19,024 bases of DNA, from contig JBBSWJ010000028.1 in NCBI GenBank assembly GCA_038046345.1, positions 1 to 19,024 on the forward strand, given 5' to 3'. Position numbers and translations under genes: made by a program. This document shows, piece by piece, positions 1-7,402 of this stretch. The notes under the pieces were generated by a model. It had not been told where the DNA came from. It was given only the letters and a program-made list of their open reading frames with translations, and made no database searches. The stretch is from Nanobdellota archaeon. Its GTDB lineage: Archaea; Nanobdellota; Nanobdellia; SCGC-AAA011-G17; JACPNG01. How positions within the stretch are numbered: the stretch's first letter is position 1; each line of letters starts with the position of its first letter.

Positions 1-1
1 G

Positions 2-190
2 CAGGAAATCAGAGAGCAGATGGGTATAGAATCTGGGACAAAATTTGCAGTATATGGCAGAGGGGATACTATAATTTTTAAAAGAGTAGAATTGCCAACT
101 GTGAAAGATTTTGAAAAATTGGCTAAATTTGGAAGAGCATTTTCTACAAGAAAAGGCATAAAGGAAACAGACGTGCTGAAAGATGATTAG
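2..190 (+). CDS. AbrB/MazE/SpoVT-family antitoxin, 5'-truncated by the window edge
   Basis: Not in the ORF track. Frame from nt 2 reads QEIREQMGIESGTKFAVYGRGDTIIFKRVELPTVKDFEKLAKFGRAFSTRKGIKETDVLKDD*, with TAG at 188-190. Matches the AbrB pattern (IR..lGI..G..F.V......IIFKR), overlaps the PIN start by 8 nt, and is paralogous to 18717..18983. Confidence 0.85.
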   Translation, partial: QEIREQMGIESGTKFAVYGRGDTIIFKRVELPTVKDFEKLAKFGRAFSTRKGIKETDVLKDD

Positions 191-581
191 GGTATTACCC
201 GATACCAATATCGTCATTTCATCTGTATTCTGGAGAGGAAATCCCTATGAAGTTATTAAAAAAGGTATTCTTGGAGAATATCAACTGGTAATATCTATTG
301 AAATTCTGGGCGAGGTTGTTGATAAGTTGAGAAATAAATTTGAATTTCCAGAAGAAAGTATACAAGAATTGATTGACATACTTATGACTTATTGCCACAT
401 TGTTGATGTAACAAGCAAATTTGATGTTGTAAGAGATAAACAAGATAATAAGATTATTGAATGTGCTTTTGATGGGAAAGTTGATTATATTGTTACAGGA
501 GACCCGGACTTGCTTGTATTAGTGGAGTTTAGAGGAATTAAAATAGTTACAGCAAAGAAGTTTTTTGAAGAGATTAAATAA
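183..581 (+). CDS. PIN-domain (VapC-like, PIN_3/TIGR00305-type) toxin ribonuclease
   Basis: N-terminal VLPDTNIVISS, central ILGE, C-terminal RDKQDNKIIECA..GKVDYIVTGDPDLL carrying the acidic PIN active-site residues; translationally coupled to the upstream AbrB gene. Confidence 0.9.
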   Translation: MIRVLPDTNIVISSVFWRGNPYEVIKKGILGEYQLVISIEILGEVVDKLRNKFEFPEESIQELIDILMTYCHIVDVTSKFDVVRDKQDNKIIECAFDGKVDYIVTGDPDLLVLVEFRGIKIVTAKKFFEEIK

Positions 582-642
582 GTACATAAACTGGACTTCC
601 TCAAGTTAAAACTGAACAGTATCTTAATGGACAAATTTCACC

Positions 643-656
643 AAAAACCTTATTAT
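643..656 (+). promoter_or_regulatory. Archaeal BRE+TATA promoter of gatCA (leaderless)
   Basis: AAAAACCTTATTAT ends 21 nt before ATG 678; same architecture as upstream of gatB and pepA. Confidence 0.6.
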
Positions 657-677
657 TTTGTTAACATCCCAAAGCTC

Positions 678-965
678 ATGGAAATTAACAAAGATTTAAT
701 TAAAAATGTTGCCAGAAATGCTAGGCTTGGTATTAATGAAGATGAAGCAGAAGAATTTGTTCCACAGTTTAAGGAAGTTCTTGAATTATTCAAAAAGCTT
801 GAAGTTGTAGATACAGATAACATTGAGCCTAGTTTTCATCCAGTTGTTATAAAAAATGTTTTAAGAGAAGATACGGAAGAAAAATGTCTTTCTCAAGATG
901 ATGCCTTAAAAAATTCAGTGCATAAAAAAGAAGGATTTTTTGTTGGGCCTAAGGTGAGTTTATGA
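678..965 (+). CDS. gatC: Asp-tRNA(Asn)/Glu-tRNA(Gln) amidotransferase subunit C
   Basis: NVARNARLGINEDE...LREDTEEKCLSQDDALKNS..KKEGFFVGPKV is typical GatC; ATGA overlap with gatA. Start placed at ATG 678 (MEINKDLIK) rather than 627 because of the promoter position and the usual GatC length. Confidence 0.92.
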   Translation: MEINKDLIKNVARNARLGINEDEAEEFVPQFKEVLELFKKLEVVDTDNIEPSFHPVVIKNVLREDTEEKCLSQDDALKNSVHKKEGFFVGPKVSL

Positions 966-2308
966 ATTTGCAAAACTTTTCAGAAAAAATAAGCAAAAAG
1001 GAGATTAGTATACCGGAGCATACTAGGAGTATTTTAAAAGAAGTTAAAATGCTAAATGAGCGTTATAGTTATTTTTTGAACATTTCAGAAGATTTAGCAT
1101 TAGATCAGGCTAAGAATGCTAAAGGTAAATTAGCTGGTTTGCCAATATCAGTAAAGGATTGTTTGTGTGTTAAAGGTGTTGAGTCTACAAGTGGGTCAAG
1201 AGTGCTTAAATCGTATAAACCTTTGTTCACCGCAACATCTGTTCAGCGGTTAGTTAATGAAGGTGCTATTATTATAGGTAAAACTAATCAGGATGAATTT
1301 GGGTTTGGTTCTTTTAATATCAATGTTGGGCTTGGTAATCCTATTCCTAAAAACCCTTTTGATGAAGAGCGTGTTACTGGTGGTTCTTCTGGCGGCGGCG
1401 CAGGTTTTGCTCAAAAGACCACTCATGCTCATATAGCTGTTGTTGAGTCTACTGGTGGTAGTATTGTTGCTCCTGCTAGTTTTTGTGGTGTTTATGGTTT
1501 ATGCCCTACGTATGGAGCTGTTTCTCGTTACGGTCTTATGGATTATGCTAATAGCCTTGATAAGATAGGGCTTATAGGCAAGGATTGTGCTTCATTAAAG
1601 AAAGTTTTTGATGTTATGAAAGGGCATGATCCAAAAGATTGTACTTCAATATCTTTTGATGAGTCATCTTCTGAAATCAAAAAAGTTGGTCTTATAAAAG
1701 AGTCATTGAATGTTGACCCGCTTGTTAAGGAGATGTTTCTTAGAAAGTTAGAATCATTAGGTTATGAGGTTAAAGAAGTGTCCATGCCATTGACTATGAA
1801 GCATGGAATTGGTGTGTATTATATCATCGCTATGGCGGAAGCATCTACTAATCTTGCTAAGTATTGTGGTATTCGGTATGGACTTCAGGAAGAACTTGAT
1901 GATAATTTTAATGCATATTTTTCTCGGGTTAGGGATGATGGATTTGGTAAAGAAGCTAAAAGACGTATTTTGATCGGTACTTTTGTGCGTATGGCAGGTT
2001 ATCGTGATCAGTATTATCTAAAAGCAATGAAGGTAAGAACGCTGATCATTGACGAGTATAAGCGTCTTTTCAAAAAATTTGATGTGCTTGTTTCTCCTAC
2101 AATGCCGTTATTACCTCCAAAATTTTCTGAAGTTGAGAGTCTTACACCATTGCAGAATTATATGATTGATCAACTAACTGTTGGCCCGAATCTTGCGGGG
2201 CTGCCTCATTTGAATATTCCGGCTGGTTTTGTTAAGAATCTTCCTGTAGGTTTATTAGCAATTGCTGATCATTTTAATGAGGCTAAGTTGTTTAATTTTG
2301 ATAGATAA
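962..2308 (+). CDS. gatA: Amidotransferase subunit A (amidase signature family)
   Basis: GKLAGLPISVKD (catalytic Lys), GKTNQDEF, TGGSSGG, ESTGGSI..PASFCG (Ser nucleophile), YGAVSRYGL, RRILIGTF; directly follows gatC. Confidence 0.96.
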   Translation: MNLQNFSEKISKKEISIPEHTRSILKEVKMLNERYSYFLNISEDLALDQAKNAKGKLAGLPISVKDCLCVKGVESTSGSRVLKSYKPLFTATSVQRLVNEGAIIIGKTNQDEFGFGSFNINVGLGNPIPKNPFDEERVTGGSSGGGAGFAQKTTHAHIAVVESTGGSIVAPASFCGVYGLCPTYGAVSRYGLMDYANSLDKIGLIGKDCASLKKVFDVMKGHDPKDCTSISFDESSSEIKKVGLIKESLNVDPLVKEMFLRKLESLGYEVKEVSMPLTMKHGIGVYYIIAMAEASTNLAKYCGIRYGLQEELDDNFNAYFSRVRDDGFGKEAKRRILIGTFVRMAGYRDQYYLKAMKVRTLIIDEYKRLFKKFDVLVSPTMPLLPPKFSEVESLTPLQNYMIDQLTVGPNLAGLPHLNIPAGFVKNLPVGLLAIADHFNEAKLFNFDR

Positions 2309-2999
2309 CACTTAAATGTTGTTCTTCTACTTTTTTATAACCTTTATTTATTACGTGCCTGCATATATCCTCGCAGTTTTTGAGTAATCTTCTTGGGTTT
2401 CTTTCAGATTTTTCAAATATTTTTTTTATTATGTCATCTGACAGCAAAGATATACCTCCAATACGTTTTCGTATAATCTTTACAGCATCCTCTTCGCTTA
2501 ATTCGTCTAATCTGATTAAATTTTCTCCAACAAGTTCGTCAACACCATTTTTTGCAGATCCGTTTAAGCTGCTTCCAACTAGGACTATACTTTTAATATG
2601 TTTTTTGTAAAGTTTTTTTAGTTCATTTGCATCGCTTTCAGTTATGTCTTGTGCTTCATCCAATAATAATATAAGATTGGTTCCTTTTATTCCAAGTACC
2701 TTTCCTAAGGCTCCCCATCTTCCTCCAATTAATGAATTAAAATTAATGTCTTTTTCGCTTCGGTTGCATGAATAATAAATCAACTTTCTTCCACCGCCGA
2801 ACTCGCGGATTATTCTTTTTAGTATGGTTGTTTTCCCTTTTCCGTATTCTCCTTCTATGAAGAAGACCTGTCCTGCATTTATTTTGCTGAATATCTCTCT
2901 AAGGTTATAACCATATAACTCCTCATGAAATGCTAGTGGTTTTATGCTGAAAGGGTTTGTAAAAAATCCTAATTCTTTATACCAAGGTTTTGTTGCCAT
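2292..2999 (-). CDS. Small ExeA/GspA-like AAA+ ATPase, paralog 1
   Basis: N-terminal WYKELGFFTNPF (ExeA-like F..NPF), Walker A GEYGKGKT, Walker B LILLLDEAQ, sensor-II-like NPRRLL. Confidence 0.8.
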   Translation of the reverse strand: MATKPWYKELGFFTNPFSIKPLAFHEELYGYNLREIFSKINAGQVFFIEGEYGKGKTTILKRIIREFGGGRKLIYYSCNRSEKDINFNSLIGGRWGALGKVLGIKGTNLILLLDEAQDITESDANELKKLYKKHIKSIVLVGSSLNGSAKNGVDELVGENLIRLDELSEEDAVKIIRKRIGGISLLSDDIIKKIFEKSERNPRRLLKNCEDICRHVINKGYKKVEEQHLSVIYQN

Positions 3000-3000
3000 T

Positions 3001-3795
3001 TTAGTAATACTTCTCTGCTGGGTCCTCGTCTATTATTTCTTCACCTAATTGCATTACGTCGCTTTCAGTAAACACTTCTTTTGTATTTTCAATTTTTACT
3101 CCTGATTGGGGTAGTATTGAGTCCACCATTTCGATTGTTACTGATTTGCCTTTGTTTTCAACAGCTCTTTTTGCTAGTTCTTCTGCATTTTGCAAGAACA
3201 TTTTAACATTTTGTGATCTTTTAAACAATTCTTGTGCTACCTCTTGTGAAAACATATTATCACTTTTAATTCTATCTTTTAGTATCATGTATGCTTGTTG
3301 TTTGCTAACTTCAGGTATTTTAATTACTTTCTTTAATCTGTCCACTAGTGAGTCAGAGAAGTGTACAGTGTTCATGTTCTCTCCTGTGAATATCACTGAC
3401 TTTATGTAGTCTTGATCATAGAAGTACTTTAGTCTTTCTGTATTTTTTTTATCAAGCTCACTTGTGTTGTCCATTAAAAGAATCATTCTCCTTGGTTTTT
3501 CTCCAATAAGCTTTGCAATAAAGCCTTTGCGTTTTTCAATAATTTTCTCAATGTTTAGTGCTTTTATCTTTTCGCAGTCTAGGTATAGTACTTTTCCGTG
3601 GCCTCTGAATTGTTTTATTGCTTTTTTTAACAGGGCTGTTTTTCCGCTGCCATTTTCTCCTTCAACAAATATAAGATTACCTGCGTCAATGTTATATAGA
3701 ATCTCATTAACTGTGCTTTCATATCCAATAAGGTTTGTTTCTTCAGTATCCTTAAATGGATTATCGTCAAAGTCTAGTTGTTCAAACCACTGCAT
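3001..3795 (-). CDS. Small ExeA/GspA-like AAA+ ATPase, paralog 2 (degenerate Walker B)
   Basis: WFEQLDFDDNPF, Walker A GENGSGKT, Walker B MILLMDNT (no catalytic Glu), SLVDRL, acidic C-terminal tail; collinear with paralog 1. Confidence 0.8.
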   Translation of the reverse strand: MQWFEQLDFDDNPFKDTEETNLIGYESTVNEILYNIDAGNLIFVEGENGSGKTALLKKAIKQFRGHGKVLYLDCEKIKALNIEKIIEKRKGFIAKLIGEKPRRMILLMDNTSELDKKNTERLKYFYDQDYIKSVIFTGENMNTVHFSDSLVDRLKKVIKIPEVSKQQAYMILKDRIKSDNMFSQEVAQELFKRSQNVKMFLQNAEELAKRAVENKGKSVTIEMVDSILPQSGVKIENTKEVFTESDVMQLGEEIIDEDPAEKYY

Positions 3796-4012
3796 TATTC
3801 ATCGCCTCTGCTTTTTTCCTGTAAGTTATCGCTTCTTCTGCGTATTCTCCCGCAATTTCTGAATCTCCAAGCTCATGATATTTTACGGATTGCTTATGTG
3901 CTCTCTCTGCTTTTTTGTAATATTTTTTTTCTGATGTTCTTGCAAATATTGAGATTATAATAATAATTACCAGAAGAGCTATAGCACCTCCGATTATTGT
4001 TGTACTTTCCAT
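3782..4012 (-). CDS. Small single-pass membrane protein (76 aa), unknown function
   Basis: Hydrophobic N-terminus IIGGAIALLVIIIIISIFA followed by a charged helical region; has its own TATA box; overlaps the downstream ATPase start by 14 nt. Confidence 0.75.
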   Translation of the reverse strand: MESTTIIGGAIALLVIIIIISIFARTSEKKYYKKAERAHKQSVKYHELGDSEIAGEYAEEAITYRKKAEAMNNAVV

Positions 4013-4032
4013 GCCTTTTATGATTTTTGCTC

Positions 4033-4047
4033 TTTTATAAAATTTGC
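4033..4047 (-). promoter_or_regulatory. TATA promoter of the membrane protein/ATPase operon
   Basis: Minus strand reads GCAAATTTTATAAAA, with the TATA box about 23 nt upstream of the ATG at 4012. Confidence 0.5.
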
Positions 4048-4103
4048 TTTTTTGGAAAGTATATGTTTGTGTTAAGAATTTCCGGTAAAATGCTTATTAT
4101 TAT

Positions 4104-4976
4104 CTATGTTGTAACATTCTTTAATGCGTATAATGCGACTTCTAATTGTTTATCATCTGGTTCTCCGGTTGTAATCTTTTGTAATAATAACCCTGGTGTT
4201 ATCAAGATTTTTATGAACCAATTTGGGTTTTGTGCCTTTCTTATAACTTCATATGATACTCCCAGGATTAATGGTAGGAATAATAAATGTGTAGCTAACC
4301 TGATCAATAAGTTAGTATATCCTAACAGTAATCCAACGCTCGTATCTATGATAGCAAAGCCGATTATCGCTATTATTAAGGCTACTAACAAAAAACTTGT
4401 TCCGCATCTGTTATGGATTCTTGAATATTTTTTTGCTGAGTCTACGCATGGACTTAATTCATTTTCATAACAGTTCACTATTTTGTGTTCTGCTCCATGA
4501 TACCTAAACAATATTTTTACGTCCTTCCAGTATGATATTGCATAAATGTACAATATGAATAAGCCAATCCGTATTGCTCCTGCTAGTAAGTTAAATGATC
4601 CTGCGTTTTTTTCTAAATTAAAAAAATTTGTTGTTGCCCATAATGGTAAAAACATGAATATACCAACTGCTATTATTATTGCAAGTAATGTTGGTATTAT
4701 TAACGAAGTGCTATTATTCTTGTTTTTTTTATCAGTGCCTTTCATTGCTATATCTGCGGACCAGCTTAATATCTTTGTACCAATAACTACTGTTTCTATT
4801 AAGATAATTGTGCCCCTTATTATTGGTAGTTTTAGTAATTTATGTTTCTCTGTTACTGACTTAAAATTTTGGGTTTTTACTAAGATTCCATCACGTGTTC
4901 TTACAGCAGTTGCTATTCTGTTCTTATTCTTGATCATTACACCTTCAATTACTGCTTGTCCGCCGATCATTTCCAT
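4104..4976 (-). CDS. DUF1385 family membrane protein (putative metal-dependent enzyme, YqhQ-like)
   Basis: N-terminal IGGQAVIEGVM, YHGAEHK and HNRCGTSF motifs, several transmembrane segments, C-terminal LQKITTGEPDDKQLEVA. Confidence 0.9.
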   Translation of the reverse strand: MEMIGGQAVIEGVMIKNKNRIATAVRTRDGILVKTQNFKSVTEKHKLLKLPIIRGTIILIETVVIGTKILSWSADIAMKGTDKKNKNNSTSLIIPTLLAIIIAVGIFMFLPLWATTNFFNLEKNAGSFNLLAGAIRIGLFILYIYAISYWKDVKILFRYHGAEHKIVNCYENELSPCVDSAKKYSRIHNRCGTSFLLVALIIAIIGFAIIDTSVGLLLGYTNLLIRLATHLLFLPLILGVSYEVIRKAQNPNWFIKILITPGLLLQKITTGEPDDKQLEVALYALKNVTT

Positions 4977-4999
4977 TTGATCTTTTTTAGAATGTTAGG

Positions 5000-5012
5000 T
5001 TTAAAAAATTTG
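5000..5012 (-). promoter_or_regulatory. TATA promoter of the DUF1385 gene
   Basis: Minus strand reads CAAATTTTTTAAA, ending 23 nt before the ATG at 4976. Confidence 0.45.
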
Positions 5013-5124
5013 TTATAGTTGTGGCTTTGCCTTGGGACAAAATTAAGTAATTTTATCTCGCAGCCCTGTATTCCAAAAGATTTATATATAAGTCCATATA
5101 GAGTATAATATAAAAACATATAAA

Positions 5125-5382
5125 ATGAGTCAAATAATACACTATCCAAGTTTGAAAACAATGTTAATGGTAGAGAAGGTCTTGAAAACGGCAGATGTTA
5201 TGATTAGCCGTGAAGAGCTAAAAAGAAGATTGCCAAACAAAATAATGCATCAAACTCTCAATCTAATCTTGGAATATATGGAGGGCAGAGGTTTAATCAT
5301 AGACAGTCATAAAGGAATACTCTGGATTTACAACCCAAGTCCAAAACTAAAAAGAGCAATTGAGAACGGGAGAGAGTTATAA
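5125..5382 (+). CDS. Small winged-helix DNA-binding protein, putative antitoxin
   Basis: 85 aa; ISREELKRRLP...HQTLNLILEYMEGRGLI..SHKGILW has HTH-plus-wing form; TAATG stop/start overlap with the RelE-like gene; GATTTATATA upstream. Confidence 0.7.
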   Translation: MSQIIHYPSLKTMLMVEKVLKTADVMISREELKRRLPNKIMHQTLNLILEYMEGRGLIIDSHKGILWIYNPSPKLKRAIENGREL

Positions 5383-5756
5383 TGTTTGAAAACAAAGAGA
5401 TAAAAGTTGTTCTCTCCGAAGAGGCAGACTAGGTTTTTCAAGAACTGAATAGAATAGTTGGAGAAGAAAAAATGAAAGGAATTGAAAGTTCTTTTCATCA
5501 AACTCTTTTAAGATCAATTGAAAGGGTGATAGATTTACTAAAGAAGAATCCGTTTGCAGGTGATCAAGTTCCTAGAAGGCAATTGCCTGATAAGTATGCC
5601 AAAAAATATGATGCTGAGAATATTTGGAGAATTGAATTGGCTAATCGTTGGAGATTGGTTTACACAATTACAGGAAATAAACTAGAAGTCATAAATTTTG
5701 TGATGGATATTTTTGATCATAAGGATTACGATAAAGTTTTCGGATACAAACACTAG
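5382..5756 (+). pseudogene. RelE/ParE-superfamily-like toxin with an in-frame TAG at codon 17 (5430-5432)
   Basis: ATG 5382 is coupled to the upstream stop and reads MFENKEIKVVLSEEAD*VFQELNRIVGEEK, continuing in frame into track ORF 5472..5756 (LKKNPFAG...WRIELANRWRLVYTI...IFDHKDY). The N-terminal strand-helix typical of RelE folds lies before the TAG. Confidence 0.65.
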
Positions 5757-5920
5757 ACAATATGGGTTACAAACAAAAATTTGCGCCGAAAGGAAATAAT
5801 GTAATTCATGGAGCTGGACAAGTTAGATGTTGCACTTACGGTGATAAATAATTTGTACAAAAAACTAGCTCTACAAGAGATGCCCCATACAATAACACAA
5901 ATCATGATTAATTTACATCT

Positions 5921-5934
5921 AGAAAACTATAAAA
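5921..5934 (+). promoter_or_regulatory. BRE+TATA promoter of gatB (leaderless)
   Basis: AGAAAACTATAAAA ends 22 nt before ATG 5957. Confidence 0.65.
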
Positions 5935-5956
5935 GTACAACCATTACTGTCCTGTT

Positions 5957-7345
5957 ATGGTATTGATAGGTTTAGAAGTTCATGCTACAATTAACAAATT
6001 AAACACAAAACTTTTTTGTTCGTGTTCACTTCCAAGACAAGATTCCCCGCCTAATACCCATACTTGCCCGATATGTCTTGGTCATCCTGGCAGTAAACCA
6101 GTATTAAACAAAAGGGCATTCTTTTTATCATTAAAATTAGCTCTGGCTTTAAAATGTAAAATTTACAACAAACTTGTCTTTTCAAGGAAAACTTATTTTT
6201 ATCCTGACTTGCCAAAAAATTATCAGATAACTCAGTACGAACAGCCATTAGGTAATGATGGATACATCACTCTTGATTCTGGCAAGAAAATTAGTATTCA
6301 AAGAGTGCATATTGAAGAGGATCCAGGAGCTTTGGTTCATCCGGCTGGTATTTCTAGCTCTAATTATGTGCTTATAGATTACAATCGTTCTGGTATTCCT
6401 TTATGTGAGATAGTTACTAAACCAGAAATATCTTCTCCTGATGAGGCTAGAGAATTTCTTAAAAAACTTCAGACTATCATAGATTATCTTGATGTATTTG
6501 ATCCAGCGTCCGGTGTTATAAAAGCAGATGCTAATGTTTCTATTGATGGTGGTGAACGAATTGAAGTGAAGAACATAACTGGCTTTAAGGAGATTGAGCG
6601 TGCAATTGTCTATGAGATTAAGCGCCAGGAGTCATTATCAACACCACCAAAGAGAAAAGAAACTTGGGGGTGGGATACTGATAGGGGTATTACTTATTTT
6701 CAGCGTGTTAAAGAGGGTGAAGATGATTATGGGTATATTATTGATCCTGATCTTGTTCCAATTGATATTTCTTCTGAGCTTATAAGATCTTCAGAATCAG
6801 AACTTCCTGAGCTTCCAGAGTCTTTGGTTAAGCGGTGGGTTTCTGATCTGAATATTGATTCTTCTGATGCCAAGATCATTGCTAATAATCCTCAATTAGC
6901 TAAAATATTTAATGAAGTTTCTAAAAAAGTTGATCCTGTTCTTGCTGCTAGGTGGATTCGTAGAGAATTATCCAGGGTGCTTAATTACGCTAAAAAAGAG
7001 TTGTCTGATACTAAAATTACTTCCACTCATTTAATTGAGTTGTTATCATTTCTTGAAGAAAAACAGATTACTGATCAGAATGCTCAAAAGATTCTTGAAA
7101 TGTTAGTTGAAAAGCCTTTTTCTGTTAAACAGCATATTAATGAGCACGAACTAAAAGTTATTTCTGGATCTGCAATGCTTAGTAATTTATGCAATGAAGC
7201 TATCAATGAATTTCCTAATGCTGTTAAAGATTTTCGTGATGGCAAAGGAGAGGCTCTTAATTTCTTGGTTGGGCAGGTTATAAAAAAAACTAAGGGGCAA
7301 GCAAAGCCAGATAGTGTTAAAGAGATTATGAACAGTCTACTTTGA
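5957..7345 (+). CDS. gatB: Amidotransferase subunit B
   Basis: IGLEVH, KLFCSC, CPICLGHPG, RKTYFYPDLPKNYQITQY, HIEEDPG, DYNRSGIPLCEIVT, EVKNI, C-terminal YqeY-like NFLVGQVIKKTKGQAKP. Confidence 0.97.
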   Translation: MVLIGLEVHATINKLNTKLFCSCSLPRQDSPPNTHTCPICLGHPGSKPVLNKRAFFLSLKLALALKCKIYNKLVFSRKTYFYPDLPKNYQITQYEQPLGNDGYITLDSGKKISIQRVHIEEDPGALVHPAGISSSNYVLIDYNRSGIPLCEIVTKPEISSPDEAREFLKKLQTIIDYLDVFDPASGVIKADANVSIDGGERIEVKNITGFKEIERAIVYEIKRQESLSTPPKRKETWGWDTDRGITYFQRVKEGEDDYGYIIDPDLVPIDISSELIRSSESELPELPESLVKRWVSDLNIDSSDAKIIANNPQLAKIFNEVSKKVDPVLAARWIRRELSRVLNYAKKELSDTKITSTHLIELLSFLEEKQITDQNAQKILEMLVEKPFSVKQHINEHELKVISGSAMLSNLCNEAINEFPNAVKDFRDGKGEALNFLVGQVIKKTKGQAKPDSVKEIMNSLL

Positions 7346-7367
7346 TTGTTACTTATTGCAATAGATA

Positions 7368-7380
7368 GAAAACCTTATAA
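7368..7380 (+). promoter_or_regulatory. BRE+TATA promoter of pepA (leaderless)
   Basis: GAAAACCTTATAA ends 22 nt before ATG 7403. Confidence 0.65.
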
Positions 7381-7402
7381 TTCCGTTGATTTATTCACTC
7401 GT

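Noticed and set aside
627-677. ORF-track N-terminal extensions (627, 7346, 18687)
   Set aside because: They run through promoter or SD sequence; downstream ATGs at 678, 7403 and 18717 fit family starts.
1438-1488. GatA motif ESTGGSIVAP instead of SDTGGSIRQP, suggesting an inactive amidase
   Set aside because: The catalytic Lys and both Ser positions appear retained, as do RILIGTF and the downstream Asp.
5430-5432. Genome-wide TAG reassignment (Gln or Pyl) as the explanation for the internal amber
   Set aside because: TAG ends the AbrB genes (188-190, 18981-18983), DUF1385 and the RelE-like gene itself at plausible C-termini, and no other gene in the window has an internal TAG.
5757-5956. 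Short ORFs (about 29-52 aa) between the RelE-like gene and gatB
   Set aside because: They lie on competing frames and strands with no recognisable motif, and one runs through the gatB promoter.
7343-7402. gatB TGA is followed in frame by 19 sense codons leading into pepA, suggesting TGA readthrough or a GatB-PepA fusion
   Set aside because: GatB ends at its normal C-terminus, a TATA promoter lies in the spacer, and TGA terminates gatC, arcE and arcC at expected positions.
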